The notes: generated by a model from the sequence alone, not told the origin. A stretch of 64,000 bases of DNA from an uncultured Candidatus Rokubacteria bacterium (GCA_963708025.1 CAVPSB010000029.1:64001-128000), one strand, 5' to 3'; numbered from the stretch's first letter, positions 39,730 through 49,518 are shown. Made by a program: numbers and translations.

Positions 39730-40074
39730 CTAGTTCAGGAGCGCGGCGTGCAGGAGGAAGCGAGGCGGCCGGAGGACCGGCACCGGCACGGAGGGAGAGT
39801 GATCGGCCGGCGCGGGCGCGCTCGCGACCCCCGGGGCCTGGGCCCAGCCGAGGAGGACCGCGGGGGCGCCGACGGTGGCGCCGGGCGGGGTCTCGCAGTC
39901 CGCATGGTGGTCCGCGGCGGAGCCGAGCTCCGAGGAGGCCGTCGCGAGTGCCGCGGCGATGGCGCCGACGCCTTCACCGGGCTCCGGCTCGGCACACGTG
40001 TGCCCCGCCGCGGTGGCCATTGCCGCCAGCAGGACGACCAGGCGGAGGGTCCCTCTTGCCCCTCGGTGCCGCAT
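39730..40074 (-). CDS. Small exported/leader ORF ending RPPRFLLHAALLN
   Basis: Hydrophobic N-terminus, HTC and HHADC motifs, Pro/Ala linker; TTGACA upstream. Confidence 0.55.
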   Translation of the reverse strand: MRHRGARGTLRLVVLLAAMATAAGHTCAEPEPGEGVGAIAAALATASSELGSAADHHADCETPPGATVGAPAVLLGWAQAPGVASAPAPADHSPSVPVPVLRPPRFLLHAALLN

Positions 40075-40184
40075 GGAAGGAGCATCCCGCCCCACCCGGC
40101 TTCCTGTCAAGGCTGCCCGCGGTGGGTGCTGCGGTGGGCAGGGCATCGGCGACGGCCCGGACCGAGCGGGAGGTCGCTGGCGGC

Positions 40185-40213
40185 TTGACACCCCGGCGGA
40201 GCTCGGCTATCGT
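40185..40213 (+). promoter_or_regulatory. Sigma70 promoter TTGACA-17 bp-TATCGT
   Basis: Exact -35 box with a 17-bp spacer, upstream of the Fur/PerR gene. Confidence 0.65.
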
Positions 40214-40227
40214 CGAGGCTGTCGTTG

Positions 40228-40247
40228 TTAGGAACGATTCTCATTAC
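40228..40247. promoter_or_regulatory. Fur/Per-box-like operator TTAGGAACGATTCTCATT
   Basis: AT-rich imperfect palindrome just downstream of the promoter in GC-rich DNA. Confidence 0.55.
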
Positions 40248-40272
40248 CAACCAGGATGGAGCCGAATTCCCG

Positions 40273-40782
40273 GTGAGAGGCAATCCCGGTCGTACCGCCG
40301 CCCGGCCCGCTCCCGAGCCGCGCGCGGACGCCACGCTCCGGACGGACCTCGCCCGCCGCGGGATGCGGCTGACGGATCAGCGCCGGCTGATCCTGACCGC
40401 CGTCCAGGCGACCGACTCGCATCCGACCGCGGAGTGGGTGCACGAGGCGGTCCGGAGACGGCTGCCGCGGGTCAGCCTGGCGACGGTGTACCGCAACCTG
40501 CGTCTCCTCGCGCGCCACGGCTTGCTGACCGAGATCCAGAACGGGCCCAGCATCCGCTTCGACGCGCGGGTCCACCGGCACCACCACTTCACCTGCGCCG
40601 CCTGCCGGCGCATCTTCGACCTGGACGAGCCTGTCGATGCCCGGCTGGAAGCCCGCGTGGCGGCGCGGACCGGCTTTCGTGTCTCGCACCACCGCATCGA
40701 GTTCTTCGGCCTGTGCGACGGGTGCACGTCCCGACGGGCGCGGCGACCGCCACGCGGCCGGGACGCGTCCGTGGTCCGGTAG
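40273..40782 (+). CDS. perR: Fur-family regulator (PerR-like)
   Basis: RLTDQRRLIL, HPTAE, SLATVYRNL, HHHFTCAAC and GLCDGC motifs; start uncertain. Confidence 0.88.
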   Translation: MRGNPGRTAARPAPEPRADATLRTDLARRGMRLTDQRRLILTAVQATDSHPTAEWVHEAVRRRLPRVSLATVYRNLRLLARHGLLTEIQNGPSIRFDARVHRHHHFTCAACRRIFDLDEPVDARLEARVAARTGFRVSHHRIEFFGLCDGCTSRRARRPPRGRDASVVR

Positions 40783-40804
40783 TCCAACAACGAGGAGGGT
40801 CGTC

Positions 40805-41251
40805 ATGGCGAAGGCACTCAAGGGCACCAAGAGTCACACCAATCTCAAGGAGGCGTTCGCGGGCGAGTCCCAGGCGAACCGGCGCTACCTCTACTTCGCG
40901 CGGGTCGCGGACATCGAGGGGTTCCCCGACATGGGCGGCCTCTTCCGGGACACCGCGGAGGCGGAGACGGGCCACGCGTTCGGCCACCTCGACTTCCTCA
41001 AGGAAGTCGGGGACCCGGTGACCGATGTGGCATTCGGTCGGACCGAGCAGAACCTCAAGTCGGCCATCGAAGGCGAGACGTACGAATACACCCAGATGTA
41101 CCCCGGCATGGCCAAGACCGCGCGCGAGGAAGGCCTCGCCGAGCTGGCCGAGTGGTTCGAGACGCTGGCCAAGGCGGAGAAGTCGCACGCCGGGCGCTTC
41201 AACAAGGGTCTCCAGGCGATCGCCGGCCGCGAGCCGGCCGACGCGATCTGA
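40805..41251 (+). CDS. rbr: Rubrerythrin (short type, no rubredoxin domain)
   Basis: NLKEAFAGESQANRRY, ETGHA, GETYEYTQMYPG and AEKSH motifs. Confidence 0.93.
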   Translation: MAKALKGTKSHTNLKEAFAGESQANRRYLYFARVADIEGFPDMGGLFRDTAEAETGHAFGHLDFLKEVGDPVTDVAFGRTEQNLKSAIEGETYEYTQMYPGMAKTAREEGLAELAEWFETLAKAEKSHAGRFNKGLQAIAGREPADAI

Positions 41252-41393
41252 GAAGATTCGGGGGGGTCTCGGAAGACCCCCCCGATGCCGCGCCCTCGGA
41301 GGCGAAGCGGAACGCCAGGGCCGCGTGGCGGAAGCCAGAGGGTTGCGGGAAGCCGACCGGGGGTGGGAAGGGGAGCCGCCGGCATCGGTTCAC
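41252..41393 (+). repeat. Dispersed ~150-bp palindromic repeat, copy 2
   Basis: Matches the reverse complement of 26023-26176. Confidence 0.8.
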
Positions 41394-41469
41394 AGACTCT
41401 CAGAGCGGGCGGCGCCGCGGAGCCACGCGAGACGAGGTCCCGCGGTGGTTGCGGGGCGGAGAAGCACGC

Positions 41470-42744
41470 ATGAGCGCGTTCGACATCCGGGCTCCCGAGT
41501 TCTGGAGCCAGCCCGCGCTCGATACCGAGCTGCGGCGCGTCTTCGACATCTGCCACGGCTGCCGCCGCTGCCTGCCTCTCTGTCCTTCCTTCAAGGACCT
41601 GATGCGCTCGCTGGACCGGGACGAGGTCAACGGTGAGGTCGATCGACTCCCGGCCCCCGACATGCAGCGGGTGGTGGACCTCTGTTACCAGTGCAAGCTC
41701 TGCTACAACCACTGCCCGTACACGCCACCCCACCGCTGGGCGATCGACTTTCCCCGCGTGATGCTGCGGGCCCGGGCCGTCGCCGCCCGGGAGCGGGGCG
41801 GCGTCACGCTCCAGGATCGGATGCTCGGCAACACGGAGCTGATCGGACGCGTGGGTGGCGCCACCGCCCCGCTGTCCAACTGGGCGAACACGAACCCGGC
41901 CAACCGCGCGCTCATGCAGGCGACCGTCGGCATCCACAAGGACCGGAACCTGCCGCCGTTCAACCGCCAGTCCTTCAGCCGCTGGTTTGCGGCGCACCCG
42001 GCGACCTCGGCCGCGCCGGCGGCCGCCCGGGTGGCCCTCTTTGCCACGTGCCCCGTCGAGTACCACTATCCGGCGGTGGGGCGGGCGGCGGTCGCGGTGC
42101 TGCGGCACAACCGGGTGGACGTGACCCTGCCGGCCCAGCGCTGCTGCGGGATGCCCTACCTCGACGGCGGGGCGGTGGACGAGGCGCGTCGGCTGATCGA
42201 CGAGAACGTGCGGAGCCTGGGCGCCGTGGCGCGCGAAGGGCGCGAGGTCGTGGTGCCGGGCCCCACCTGCTCGTACATGATGAAGCAGGAGTGGCCACTC
42301 CTGGCCACCGATCGGGAGACGGCCCGGGTGGTGGCCGACCACACCCGGGATCTCTTCGAGTACCTGGCCCGGCTCCACGCCGGCGGGAGGCTCGACACCG
42401 CGTTCCCGAGCCGGCCCGGCAGGGTCGCCTACCAGATCCCGTGTCACCTCCGGGCCCAGAACATGGGGACCAAGTCCGCCGACGTGCTGCGCCTGACGGG
42501 AGCCCAGGTGACCGTGATCGAGCGATGCTCGGCCGTCGACGGGACCTGGGGGTTCAAGCGCGAGTACTACGAGCTGTCGATGAAGGTGGCCGAGCCCCTG
42601 TTTCGCGACGTCGAGGCGGTCCAGCCGGACCGGACGGCGAGCGACTGCCCGCTGGCCGGTCTCCAGGTCGTGCAGGGGACCGGCCGGCGGGTCCAGCACC
42701 CCATCGAGATCATGGCCGAAGCTTACGGCCTGTCCACGGAGTGA
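41470..42744 (+). CDS. Rubrerythrin-associated Fe-S oxidoreductase (GlpC/CCG family)
   Basis: CHGCRRCLPLCPSF, CYQCKLCYNHCP, CCGMP and PCH motifs. Confidence 0.9.
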   Translation: MSAFDIRAPEFWSQPALDTELRRVFDICHGCRRCLPLCPSFKDLMRSLDRDEVNGEVDRLPAPDMQRVVDLCYQCKLCYNHCPYTPPHRWAIDFPRVMLRARAVAARERGGVTLQDRMLGNTELIGRVGGATAPLSNWANTNPANRALMQATVGIHKDRNLPPFNRQSFSRWFAAHPATSAAPAAARVALFATCPVEYHYPAVGRAAVAVLRHNRVDVTLPAQRCCGMPYLDGGAVDEARRLIDENVRSLGAVAREGREVVVPGPTCSYMMKQEWPLLATDRETARVVADHTRDLFEYLARLHAGGRLDTAFPSRPGRVAYQIPCHLRAQNMGTKSADVLRLTGAQVTVIERCSAVDGTWGFKREYYELSMKVAEPLFRDVEAVQPDRTASDCPLAGLQVVQGTGRRVQHPIEIMAEAYGLSTE

Positions 42745-42749
42745 GAGCG

Positions 42750-43343
42750 GTGAAGAAGATCGAGCTCGACGACGTGAAGAACCTCTACGAGTACGAGAAG
42801 ATCCGGGATGCCGTCCGGCGCGAGATCATCGCCCTGAAAGCGCGGCGGCGGGTCGCGGTGGGCGACCGCCTGTCGCTCCTGTTCGAGAACCGGCTGACGG
42901 TGCTGTTCCAGATCCAGGAGATGATCCGGGCCGAGCGGATCGTCGCCGACGAGCGCGTGCAGGACGAGATCGACGTCTACAACGAGCTGATCCCCGGGCC
43001 GGGGGAGCTGTCGGCGACGCTGATGATCGAGATCGAGGACAAGGAGCGGATCAAGCCCGAGCTGGACCGGTTCATGGGCATCGACGAGGGCGACCACGTG
43101 TGGCTCCAGATCGGGCACGGCGACGCGTCCTGGGCCGTGTCGGGGCTGTTCGAGGCCGGGCACTCCAAGGAGGACAAGCTGGCCGCCGTCCACTTCGTCC
43201 GCTTCGCGGTGCCGCCGGCGGCTCGGGCCGCCCTCGCCGTCGGCCCGGCGGCCATCGCGGTCGAGCACCCGAACTACCGGGCGCGGACGGAGCTATCGAC
43301 CGAGCTGAGGGCGGCGCTGGCCGAGGATCTCGGCCAGCAATGA
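42750..43343 (+). CDS. DUF3501 family protein
   Basis: FENRLTVLFQIQEMIRAE, YNELIP, LSATLMIE and AVHFVRF motifs. Confidence 0.9.
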   Translation: MKKIELDDVKNLYEYEKIRDAVRREIIALKARRRVAVGDRLSLLFENRLTVLFQIQEMIRAERIVADERVQDEIDVYNELIPGPGELSATLMIEIEDKERIKPELDRFMGIDEGDHVWLQIGHGDASWAVSGLFEAGHSKEDKLAAVHFVRFAVPPAARAALAVGPAAIAVEHPNYRARTELSTELRAALAEDLGQQ

Positions 43344-43678
43344 GCCGGCGGGCGCCTCTTCTCGCGCTGCTGGGGGCCGTGCTGCTGCTGGTCGCCTGCG
43401 AGGAGCAGAAGCAGGCCACGCCCGGCCCGGGCGAGGGCGATCCCAACCTCGGGCGCCAGGTCTTCCTGGCGCAGTGCACCGTGTGCCACGGCAGCGATCC
43501 CGCGCAGCGGGGGCCCATGGGACCGCCGATCAAGGGGGCCTCGCGGGAGCTGCTCGAGGCCCGGATCCTCCGCGCGAGCTACCCGCCCGGCTACACCCCG
43601 AAGCAGAACACCGCGGTGATGCAGCCCATGCCCCAGGCCGCCTCGCACATCCCCGACCTGGCGGCCTACCTCCGCTGA
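43340..43678 (+). CDS. Cytochrome c lipoprotein
   Basis: Lipobox LVAC; CTVCH; ATGA overlap with DUF3501. Confidence 0.88.
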   Translation: MSRRAPLLALLGAVLLLVACEEQKQATPGPGEGDPNLGRQVFLAQCTVCHGSDPAQRGPMGPPIKGASRELLEARILRASYPPGYTPKQNTAVMQPMPQAASHIPDLAAYLR

Positions 43679-43684
43679 AAGACC

Positions 43685-43851
43685 GGAGGGGGCCTCGACG
43701 GCCCCCTCCGGGACCTTCCCCCGGACCGGATTGCGGCGGCAAAGCCGCCGCTCGAAGTGGAACGCCCTGGCGGTGAGCCAGATCCAACGCGCTGCGAGAA
43801 ACCGGGGAGGAACGGGAGGGGAGCGGACCTCCCCTCCCGCCATCGGAGAGG
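43685..43851 (+). repeat. Palindrome cluster / diverged copy 3 of the dispersed repeat
   Basis: GGAGGGGGCC-TCGAC-GGCCCCCTCC; GCGGCGGC-AAA-GCCGCCGC-TCGAAGTGGAACGCC; CGGGAGGGGAG-CGGAC-CTCCCCTCCCG. Confidence 0.7.
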
Positions 43852-43862
43852 AACCGGCCGGC

Positions 43863-44561
43863 CTACCGCATGAACTCGAAGAGCAGGTAGAAGATCAGGG
43901 CCAGGACGAAGCCGGCCCAGAGGGTGCCGGAGACGGTAGCCAGGGGCTTGGCCGCCCCCTTGCCCGGCGTGCCCATCAGCGCGTTGACCTCGCAGGCGAC
44001 CATGACGATCCCGGCGATGATCCAGAAGGCGAGGCCGGACCGCGGCATCGGCAGCGCCAGGTGCGAGGCCGCGCCCATGTAGAAGAGCATCGGGATCGAG
44101 AGCATCGTGTTGGTCCGCGACGCGAGCCCGGCGCGAGCACCGGCCCCCGCTGCCGCCGGGTTCGCCGGCCGGCCCGCTCCCGTGTCGATCGCGTTCTGGA
44201 TGACGATCTTCTGGTTCGGCCAGATCACGAACCAGACGTTGGCCCACATCAAGCTGCCGAGAAGCCCGCCCAGCAGGATCGCCCAGCTGTAGGAGCCGGC
44301 GGCGAAGCCGCGGCGCCCCACCTGGTCGAGCAGGTAGAGCCACCCCGAGAGGAACGTGATCATCGCGCCCCAGCGGAACCACCAGAGCGCCCGGGGAACG
44401 AGCTTCTGGACCGCGCCGCTCCGGACCGGCGCCTCGGTCTCCGCGAAGAACGGCGTCTGGACGAAGTTGAAGTAGTAGAGCAGGCCGATCCACGTGATGC
44501 CGGCCAGGAAGTGGATCCACCTCAGAATGAACAGCCATCCTTCGGTCGTCAGCAGGGCCAT
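43863..44561 (-). CDS. PuuD/DUF989-like (Urate_ox_N) membrane protein
   Basis: RWIHFLAGITWIGLLYYFNFVQ, NVWFVIWPNQK and SRTNTMLSIPML motifs. Confidence 0.85.
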   Translation of the reverse strand: MALLTTEGWLFILRWIHFLAGITWIGLLYYFNFVQTPFFAETEAPVRSGAVQKLVPRALWWFRWGAMITFLSGWLYLLDQVGRRGFAAGSYSWAILLGGLLGSLMWANVWFVIWPNQKIVIQNAIDTGAGRPANPAAAGAGARAGLASRTNTMLSIPMLFYMGAASHLALPMPRSGLAFWIIAGIVMVACEVNALMGTPGKGAAKPLATVSGTLWAGFVLALIFYLLFEFMR

Positions 44562-45175
44562 GGACTCCTCCCTCTCGGCCTACGCCCAGGTGAGCATCGA
44601 GATCGCCGCATCGACACCGGTCGGTGGGGTTGCCAGAGCCGTTGGAAGCTCCTTCGGGATCGTTCGGTGCCGCGCCGCCCGCACGTCCACCGCGTCTTCA
44701 GCCTCACTCCCCGGGGGTGGTCAACGAGGGCCCGAAGTCGGGCTGATTACACTCCATCCGGCCGGCGACTGTCAACCGGCCACCCGATCGCGGCCAATGG
44801 CGCCTACGGGCCGCGGACGGCGTATCGGCCCAAGACACCGCGGCGGACCGGACGCCTGCCGCTGGACGGGCCGTGGCGTCCGAGCAGTCGTGCCCCGGGG
44901 GAAACCCGCATGGACTCGCGAAGGGCGGCCGGTCGTCCTGCTGGCATCTCGATTGCGTGAGGACCAGGAAGAATACCTTACGGGCAGCGTCCCAGGCCCG
45001 GGCACTGCCTTTCTCCCCAAAGGGCCGATTTCGGGCCCTTTGGGGGGACCGAGCCATGATGTGTCTGAGGAGCCGGCGTCCCACCCCCCGGTGGTTTCCC
45101 GGCGATCAAACGGGCATGGGCTCACGGGACCATCGGCAATCTACTTGCTGACTGGGGGCAAAGGAGTGGACGGAG

Positions 45176-45580
45176 ATGAAATCGGGGCAAAATCGTCGAA
45201 GACTCCATGACTCGCCTCTGGACGATCTCGAGCGCTTGTTGAGGGAGAGGCATGCAAAGCTGACCCAGAGTCGCGCGGAAATCGTTGCGCAGCAGCGCGC
45301 CGAGGCGGCGGAGCGTTCCCCTGACACCGGCCTCTCGGCGAGTCAGACGCTGCGCGGGGAGCTTCAAGCGGCCCTTGTGGATCGCCAGAATCACCAGCTG
45401 GCTGCCGTCGAAGCGGCGTTGGAGAGACTGGCCCGGGGAGAATACGGGATCTGCGGTGACTGCGGCGGGCTCATCGGGACAGGGCGCCTCCGGGTGCTGC
45501 CTTTCGCCCAGCGGTGCACCGCCTGTGAGTCACGGGATGATTCGCGGGTTGAGCGGCACGCTCGATCGGTTGCGGGGTGA
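45176..45580 (+). CDS. TraR/DksA C4 zinc-finger protein
   Basis: ALERLARGEYGICGDCGGLI...RLRVLPFAQRCTAC. Confidence 0.85.
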   Translation: MKSGQNRRRLHDSPLDDLERLLRERHAKLTQSRAEIVAQQRAEAAERSPDTGLSASQTLRGELQAALVDRQNHQLAAVEAALERLARGEYGICGDCGGLIGTGRLRVLPFAQRCTACESRDDSRVERHARSVAG

Positions 45581-45965
45581 CCCAGAGGCCGTAGCGGCGA
45601 CGGGTGCAGTGGTCAACGCTCATCACCGTGGCTGTCGTCGGCTCCCCGAAGGGACTTCCGTCTTCCCGCCAGCGCGGCGACCAGTACGCGATGCCATCCT
45701 GAACAGTCCTCTAAGAATTCCCCTTCAACATCTAGGAACCCCCCTTCGCATCTGGGAAGGCGTCTTCGCCTCGCGGAAGCCGCTGTGGCCTCAGGGTTCC
45801 GAGAAGAGCTCCTGGAACATCAACCCGGAGGCCGAGGCAACACGGGCCGCCGAAGCCTGGCTGACGCGGTGGAGCGCTCCGCCGACGGGATAAACCTTGC
45901 GGAGTGCTGCGAGGAACCGCTCGTTGGCGCGCGACGTCTCCGCCGCCTAGGTCAGCGCGGTCTTT

Positions 45966-47912
45966 TCATAGCCGCGGGCCGTTCCGTCCGTTCCCTCCGT
46001 TCCCTCCGTTCCCTCTGGTCGTGCGCGCCCCCGGTCGGTTCGAGGTCCCAGAAGAGGCGTTGGACCGATCCGGGACCTGTCCGAGGAGCGCGATGAGCTC
46101 ATCGTAGCCTCGGCGGGAGGCTCCTGGCGGTGGCTCATTACCGGGAGCGGAACCGCCCGGTTGGTCTTCCGGGGCCGGGCCGGTTCGCGAGGGATGCGCG
46201 GTTCTCCACCTCGCGTACATGAGGGCGGTCCACCCCATCCTGTCCGTGACCGCCGGATCTGCGCCCGCGTGGAGCAGCCGCCGGACCAGGTCCATGTGCC
46301 CCTGCCAGGTCGCATACATGAGAGCCGTCCAGCCGGCATCGGTTCGGGCATTGACGTCAGCGCCACGCTCGAGCAGCGGCTGGAGGAGCACGGAACGGTT
46401 GTTGTTCGCCGCCATCATCAACGGGGTGACCCCCGCGCGATCCCGGGCGTTGACGTTGGCGCCGTGCTTGAGCAGGGTTCGGACGATCCCGGCATGGCCG
46501 TGGATGATGGCGACCATGAGGGGGGTCAGCCCGTTCTCGTCCCACGGGTTGGGCGAGACATTCGCGCGCAGCCGCGCACTCACTGCCTCGAGATTCCCCG
46601 CCTCGGCGCTGTTCAGTAGCGCGCGTTCCTCGGGCGAAAGCGGGGGCTCCGCCATCCCCGCCGCCGGCCGGCTCGCCGCTCGGCGTGTCGGCGCACCTCG
46701 CTCGCGTTTCACGCGATCCTGCAGGGGGGTCACCGCCACCGGTCGCGGCGCGGACCCCCCTGCCGTGGGAGAGAGCGCGGTCCGCGCAACGGCTGCCGCT
46801 CGTACTCCGCGTTCGCCCAGGGTCGGGGGCGCGAGAGGCTGGATCGAGACCACCGGCGGCTCGGATCCTGTTCTGGCCACGCGGGGCGGAACGAGGCCGG
46901 GGGCGGTCGTGAGCCTCGGATGAGCCGCCTGCGTGCCGAGGAACAGGCACAGGCACACCAGCCCGAGCTCCGCCCAGCCGACCCTCGGGATCAAGGCAGT
47001 TCGGAGTCTGCGAACGACGCCCGCCGGCCACCTCGGCTCGCGCTTCGTCTCGGGCTCGGTCGCCTCGATCGAGGCCGCTTGCGCCTCGGGCTGGCCGGAT
47101 GCCTGCGGCGACACCAGGTCGAGGACACCCGCAGCTTCGTCGACGCCCGCCGCAGAGACGGTCGTCTCCCGGGACTCGTAGACGCGCGTGAGCGCGGCAT
47201 CGCAGATCTGGCCGATCAGTCGGGGCAGACCCTGGGCATAGAGCGCCACCCGCTCGAGGGCCTCGGGCGAAAACAAGTCGCCCCGCTCGGCGCCAGCTCG
47301 GCGCAGTCGCCACTGGACGTACGGACCCACCTCTTCGGTGGAGAGCGGCCCCAGCGCGACGCGCGTGGCGAATCCTGGGCCGTGACGCGTCGTCAGCCTG
47401 TCGAGCGTGGCCTCCAGCTCGGCGTCGCCGGCCAGCAAGATCTGCAACCGTCTATCTCGACTCGAGCCGAGCTGGGTTAGAGCGTGGAGACTCGCCAGCA
47501 CATCTGGACTCAGGAGCTGGGCCTCGTCGATGGAAACCACGACGAGATCGCCCGTCGTGTCCTCCACCGCAAGGTACGCGTTGAGCTTGTCCAGGCACTG
47601 CGGCGGGGTGTCTCCGGCGACCAGGATGCCCAGGTACTGGCAGAGCGACGTGGTCATCTCGTCGAACGTCTCGGCGACATGGCATGACAACACGCGAACA
47701 CCCGCAGCCTCGAGGTCTTGAATGACTCGACGGAGCAGGGTCGTCTTCCCGGTCCCGGGCTCGCCAGTCAACGCGATGAGAGCCTCGCGCGCGCGACTCG
47801 TGGCGAGCAGGCGGACCAACGCGCCTTGGTGGGGCGCCCCCGGGTAGAGGAAGGATGGATCCGAAGTGACGGGGAACGGGCGCTCCCGAAGGCCGAAGTA
47901 GGCGTTGTACAC
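45966..47912 (-). CDS. ExeA/GspA-like AAA ATPase fused to C-terminal ankyrin repeats
   Basis: YNAYFGLRERPF, GEPGTGKTT, IDEAQ and GLPRLI motifs; GLTPLMVA, GVTPLMMA and GWTALMYA ankyrin repeats. Confidence 0.88.
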   Translation of the reverse strand: MYNAYFGLRERPFPVTSDPSFLYPGAPHQGALVRLLATSRAREALIALTGEPGTGKTTLLRRVIQDLEAAGVRVLSCHVAETFDEMTTSLCQYLGILVAGDTPPQCLDKLNAYLAVEDTTGDLVVVSIDEAQLLSPDVLASLHALTQLGSSRDRRLQILLAGDAELEATLDRLTTRHGPGFATRVALGPLSTEEVGPYVQWRLRRAGAERGDLFSPEALERVALYAQGLPRLIGQICDAALTRVYESRETTVSAAGVDEAAGVLDLVSPQASGQPEAQAASIEATEPETKREPRWPAGVVRRLRTALIPRVGWAELGLVCLCLFLGTQAAHPRLTTAPGLVPPRVARTGSEPPVVSIQPLAPPTLGERGVRAAAVARTALSPTAGGSAPRPVAVTPLQDRVKRERGAPTRRAASRPAAGMAEPPLSPEERALLNSAEAGNLEAVSARLRANVSPNPWDENGLTPLMVAIIHGHAGIVRTLLKHGANVNARDRAGVTPLMMAANNNRSVLLQPLLERGADVNARTDAGWTALMYATWQGHMDLVRRLLHAGADPAVTDRMGWTALMYARWRTAHPSRTGPAPEDQPGGSAPGNEPPPGASRRGYDELIALLGQVPDRSNASSGTSNRPGARTTRGNGGNGGNGRNGPRL

Positions 47913-48022
47913 GTTACTCAGACGTTCGGGCGGCCGGCCGCCCGCGGTGTTCAGCCCGCCCGAGCACTCCATTCCAGCTCCCGTGTCAAGCAGTTCCTCG
48001 TCGGTTCGAGGCGCAGCTTCGT

Positions 48023-48734
48023 TTAGGTGTGGATGACCGCTTCGACGCGCCGGTTTCGGGCGCGGCCAGCCGGGTTGTCGGTGCCATCGGGTTTTTGGTT
48101 CGGAGCGATGGGGCGCGACTTGCCGTACGCCTCGACCGCGAGGCGGTCTCGGCGCACCCCTTGCCCGATCAGCTCGCGGGCGACCGTCTCCGCCCGGCGG
48201 CGCGAGAGGGCGAGGTTGTACGCCTCGGTGCCAACGTAGTCGGCGTACCCCTCGAGGACGACCTTTCGGTCCTGCGCCCGCGGGTGATTGAGCACGAATG
48301 CGATTCGCTCCACGACCCATCGCGCCTCGGCGTCGAGGTCTGCCCGGTCGAAAGCGAAGTGCGCCATGGGCAGCGTGATCACGACGCCCCGCGGAGTCTC
48401 ACGGATCTCAGGGACCGCGTCGCCCGCGGACGGCAGGGCCGGTCCCGACGGAGCCGTCGCGGATCTCCCGGTCGCGGATCCCCCGGTCGCGGATCCCCCG
48501 GTCGCCGAGCGGCCGACGCCTTGCTTGCGCAGCTCCTCCATCAGCTCACGGTTGGTGAAGGGGGTGGTGGACGGACCTGGGGTGGTTGACGGACCTGGGC
48601 TGGTGAGTCGGAGCGGCCGATGACCCGGGAGTGGCCGCCGGGGCACCTGCGATCTCGGGCTGCGTCACAGGCCTCCGTGCGCAGCCATCGAGCAGAACGA
48701 TGGCGAGCGCCAGAACCCCGAAGAGTCGCCGCAT
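48023..48734 (-). CDS. OmpA-family lipoprotein (frameshift near 48640; GGSAT and PGPSTT repeats)
   Basis: Lipobox-like LDGC; FAFDRADL, EGYADYVG..YNLALSRRRAETV and RARNRRVE motifs. Confidence 0.82.
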
Positions 48735-48885
48735 GCCGATCGGCTCCTGATCGGCGACCGGCGTCGCCGACCGTCAGCCCTCCCCAGTGAAGGGATGATA
48801 GCAGGGCGGGCTGGACGTGCACAAGGACATCCAAGTGCCCGGACCCAAAGGGCGTGCCGCACATGCAGGTCTTCGGAACGACCAA

Positions 48886-49518
48886 TCAGAAGAAACCCGC
48901 GACCCGATAATAGAGGTGCGCAAGCGCCTCCTGAAGCACCAGGCGCATCACCTCCAGGCGGCCCTCGGGACTTCGGGACCATCCCCGAAGCGTGTCGGGT
49001 GCCGGCAACACCACGAAGCCGGCTCGCTCGAACACTCTCTTCGCCCTCCCCATGCCTTCCCAGTCCACGATGAGGAGCACACGGTGAACGCCCCGCGCCC
49101 CCAGCAGACTGCGCATCCTGGCCGCTTCTTCCCGTGTTGTGTGGGCCGTCGTCTCGGTCAAGAGGGCTTCGCTCGGTACGCCAAGCCGTCGAGCGAGCCC
49201 GGCCCGGACCTCCGCTTCGGCGGGGCGAGACGTTTCTGCAGGGCCGGAAAAGACGAGCAGTGGCGCAAGGCGCCGTTGATACAGAAGGATGCCGTGCATG
49301 GTTCGACGCATGGAATTGTCGCCCAGTGTGCCGTCGGCTCGGACGCCATCGGCACCGAGCACGACTATCGCATCGGCAGGCTCGAGCCTCGGCCAGTATC
49401 CCATGGCGTGACTCAGGAGATCGGGCAGGGGCGTGAAGGCCGCGGCCATGAAGAGCGCCAGGACGAGCAGCCCCACGAGACGTAATGCGGTGGTCGGATG
49501 CTTCGCGCCGCTCGACAC
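48886..49518 (-). CDS. YdcF/ElyC/SanA (DUF218) family protein
   Basis: ADAIVVLG, LVFSG, ETTAHTTREEA and MGRAKRVF motifs. Confidence 0.82.
   Translation of the reverse strand: MSSGAKHPTTALRLVGLLVLALFMAAAFTPLPDLLSHAMGYWPRLEPADAIVVLGADGVRADGTLGDNSMRRTMHGILLYQRRLAPLLVFSGPAETSRPAEAEVRAGLARRLGVPSEALLTETTAHTTREEAARMRSLLGARGVHRVLLIVDWEGMGRAKRVFERAGFVVLPAPDTLRGWSRSPEGRLEVMRLVLQEALAHLYYRVAGFF

Noticed and set aside
45015-45045. 12-bp hairpin CCCCAAAGGGCC/GGCCCTTTGGGG upstream of the TraR/DksA gene
   Set aside because: No U-tract or recognisable riboswitch context; function unsupported.
45979-46016. CCGTTCCCT tandem repeat, and the 15/18-bp repeats at about 48455-48600, as CRISPR-like arrays
   Set aside because: No spacers; they are low-complexity coding repeats, and no cas genes are present.
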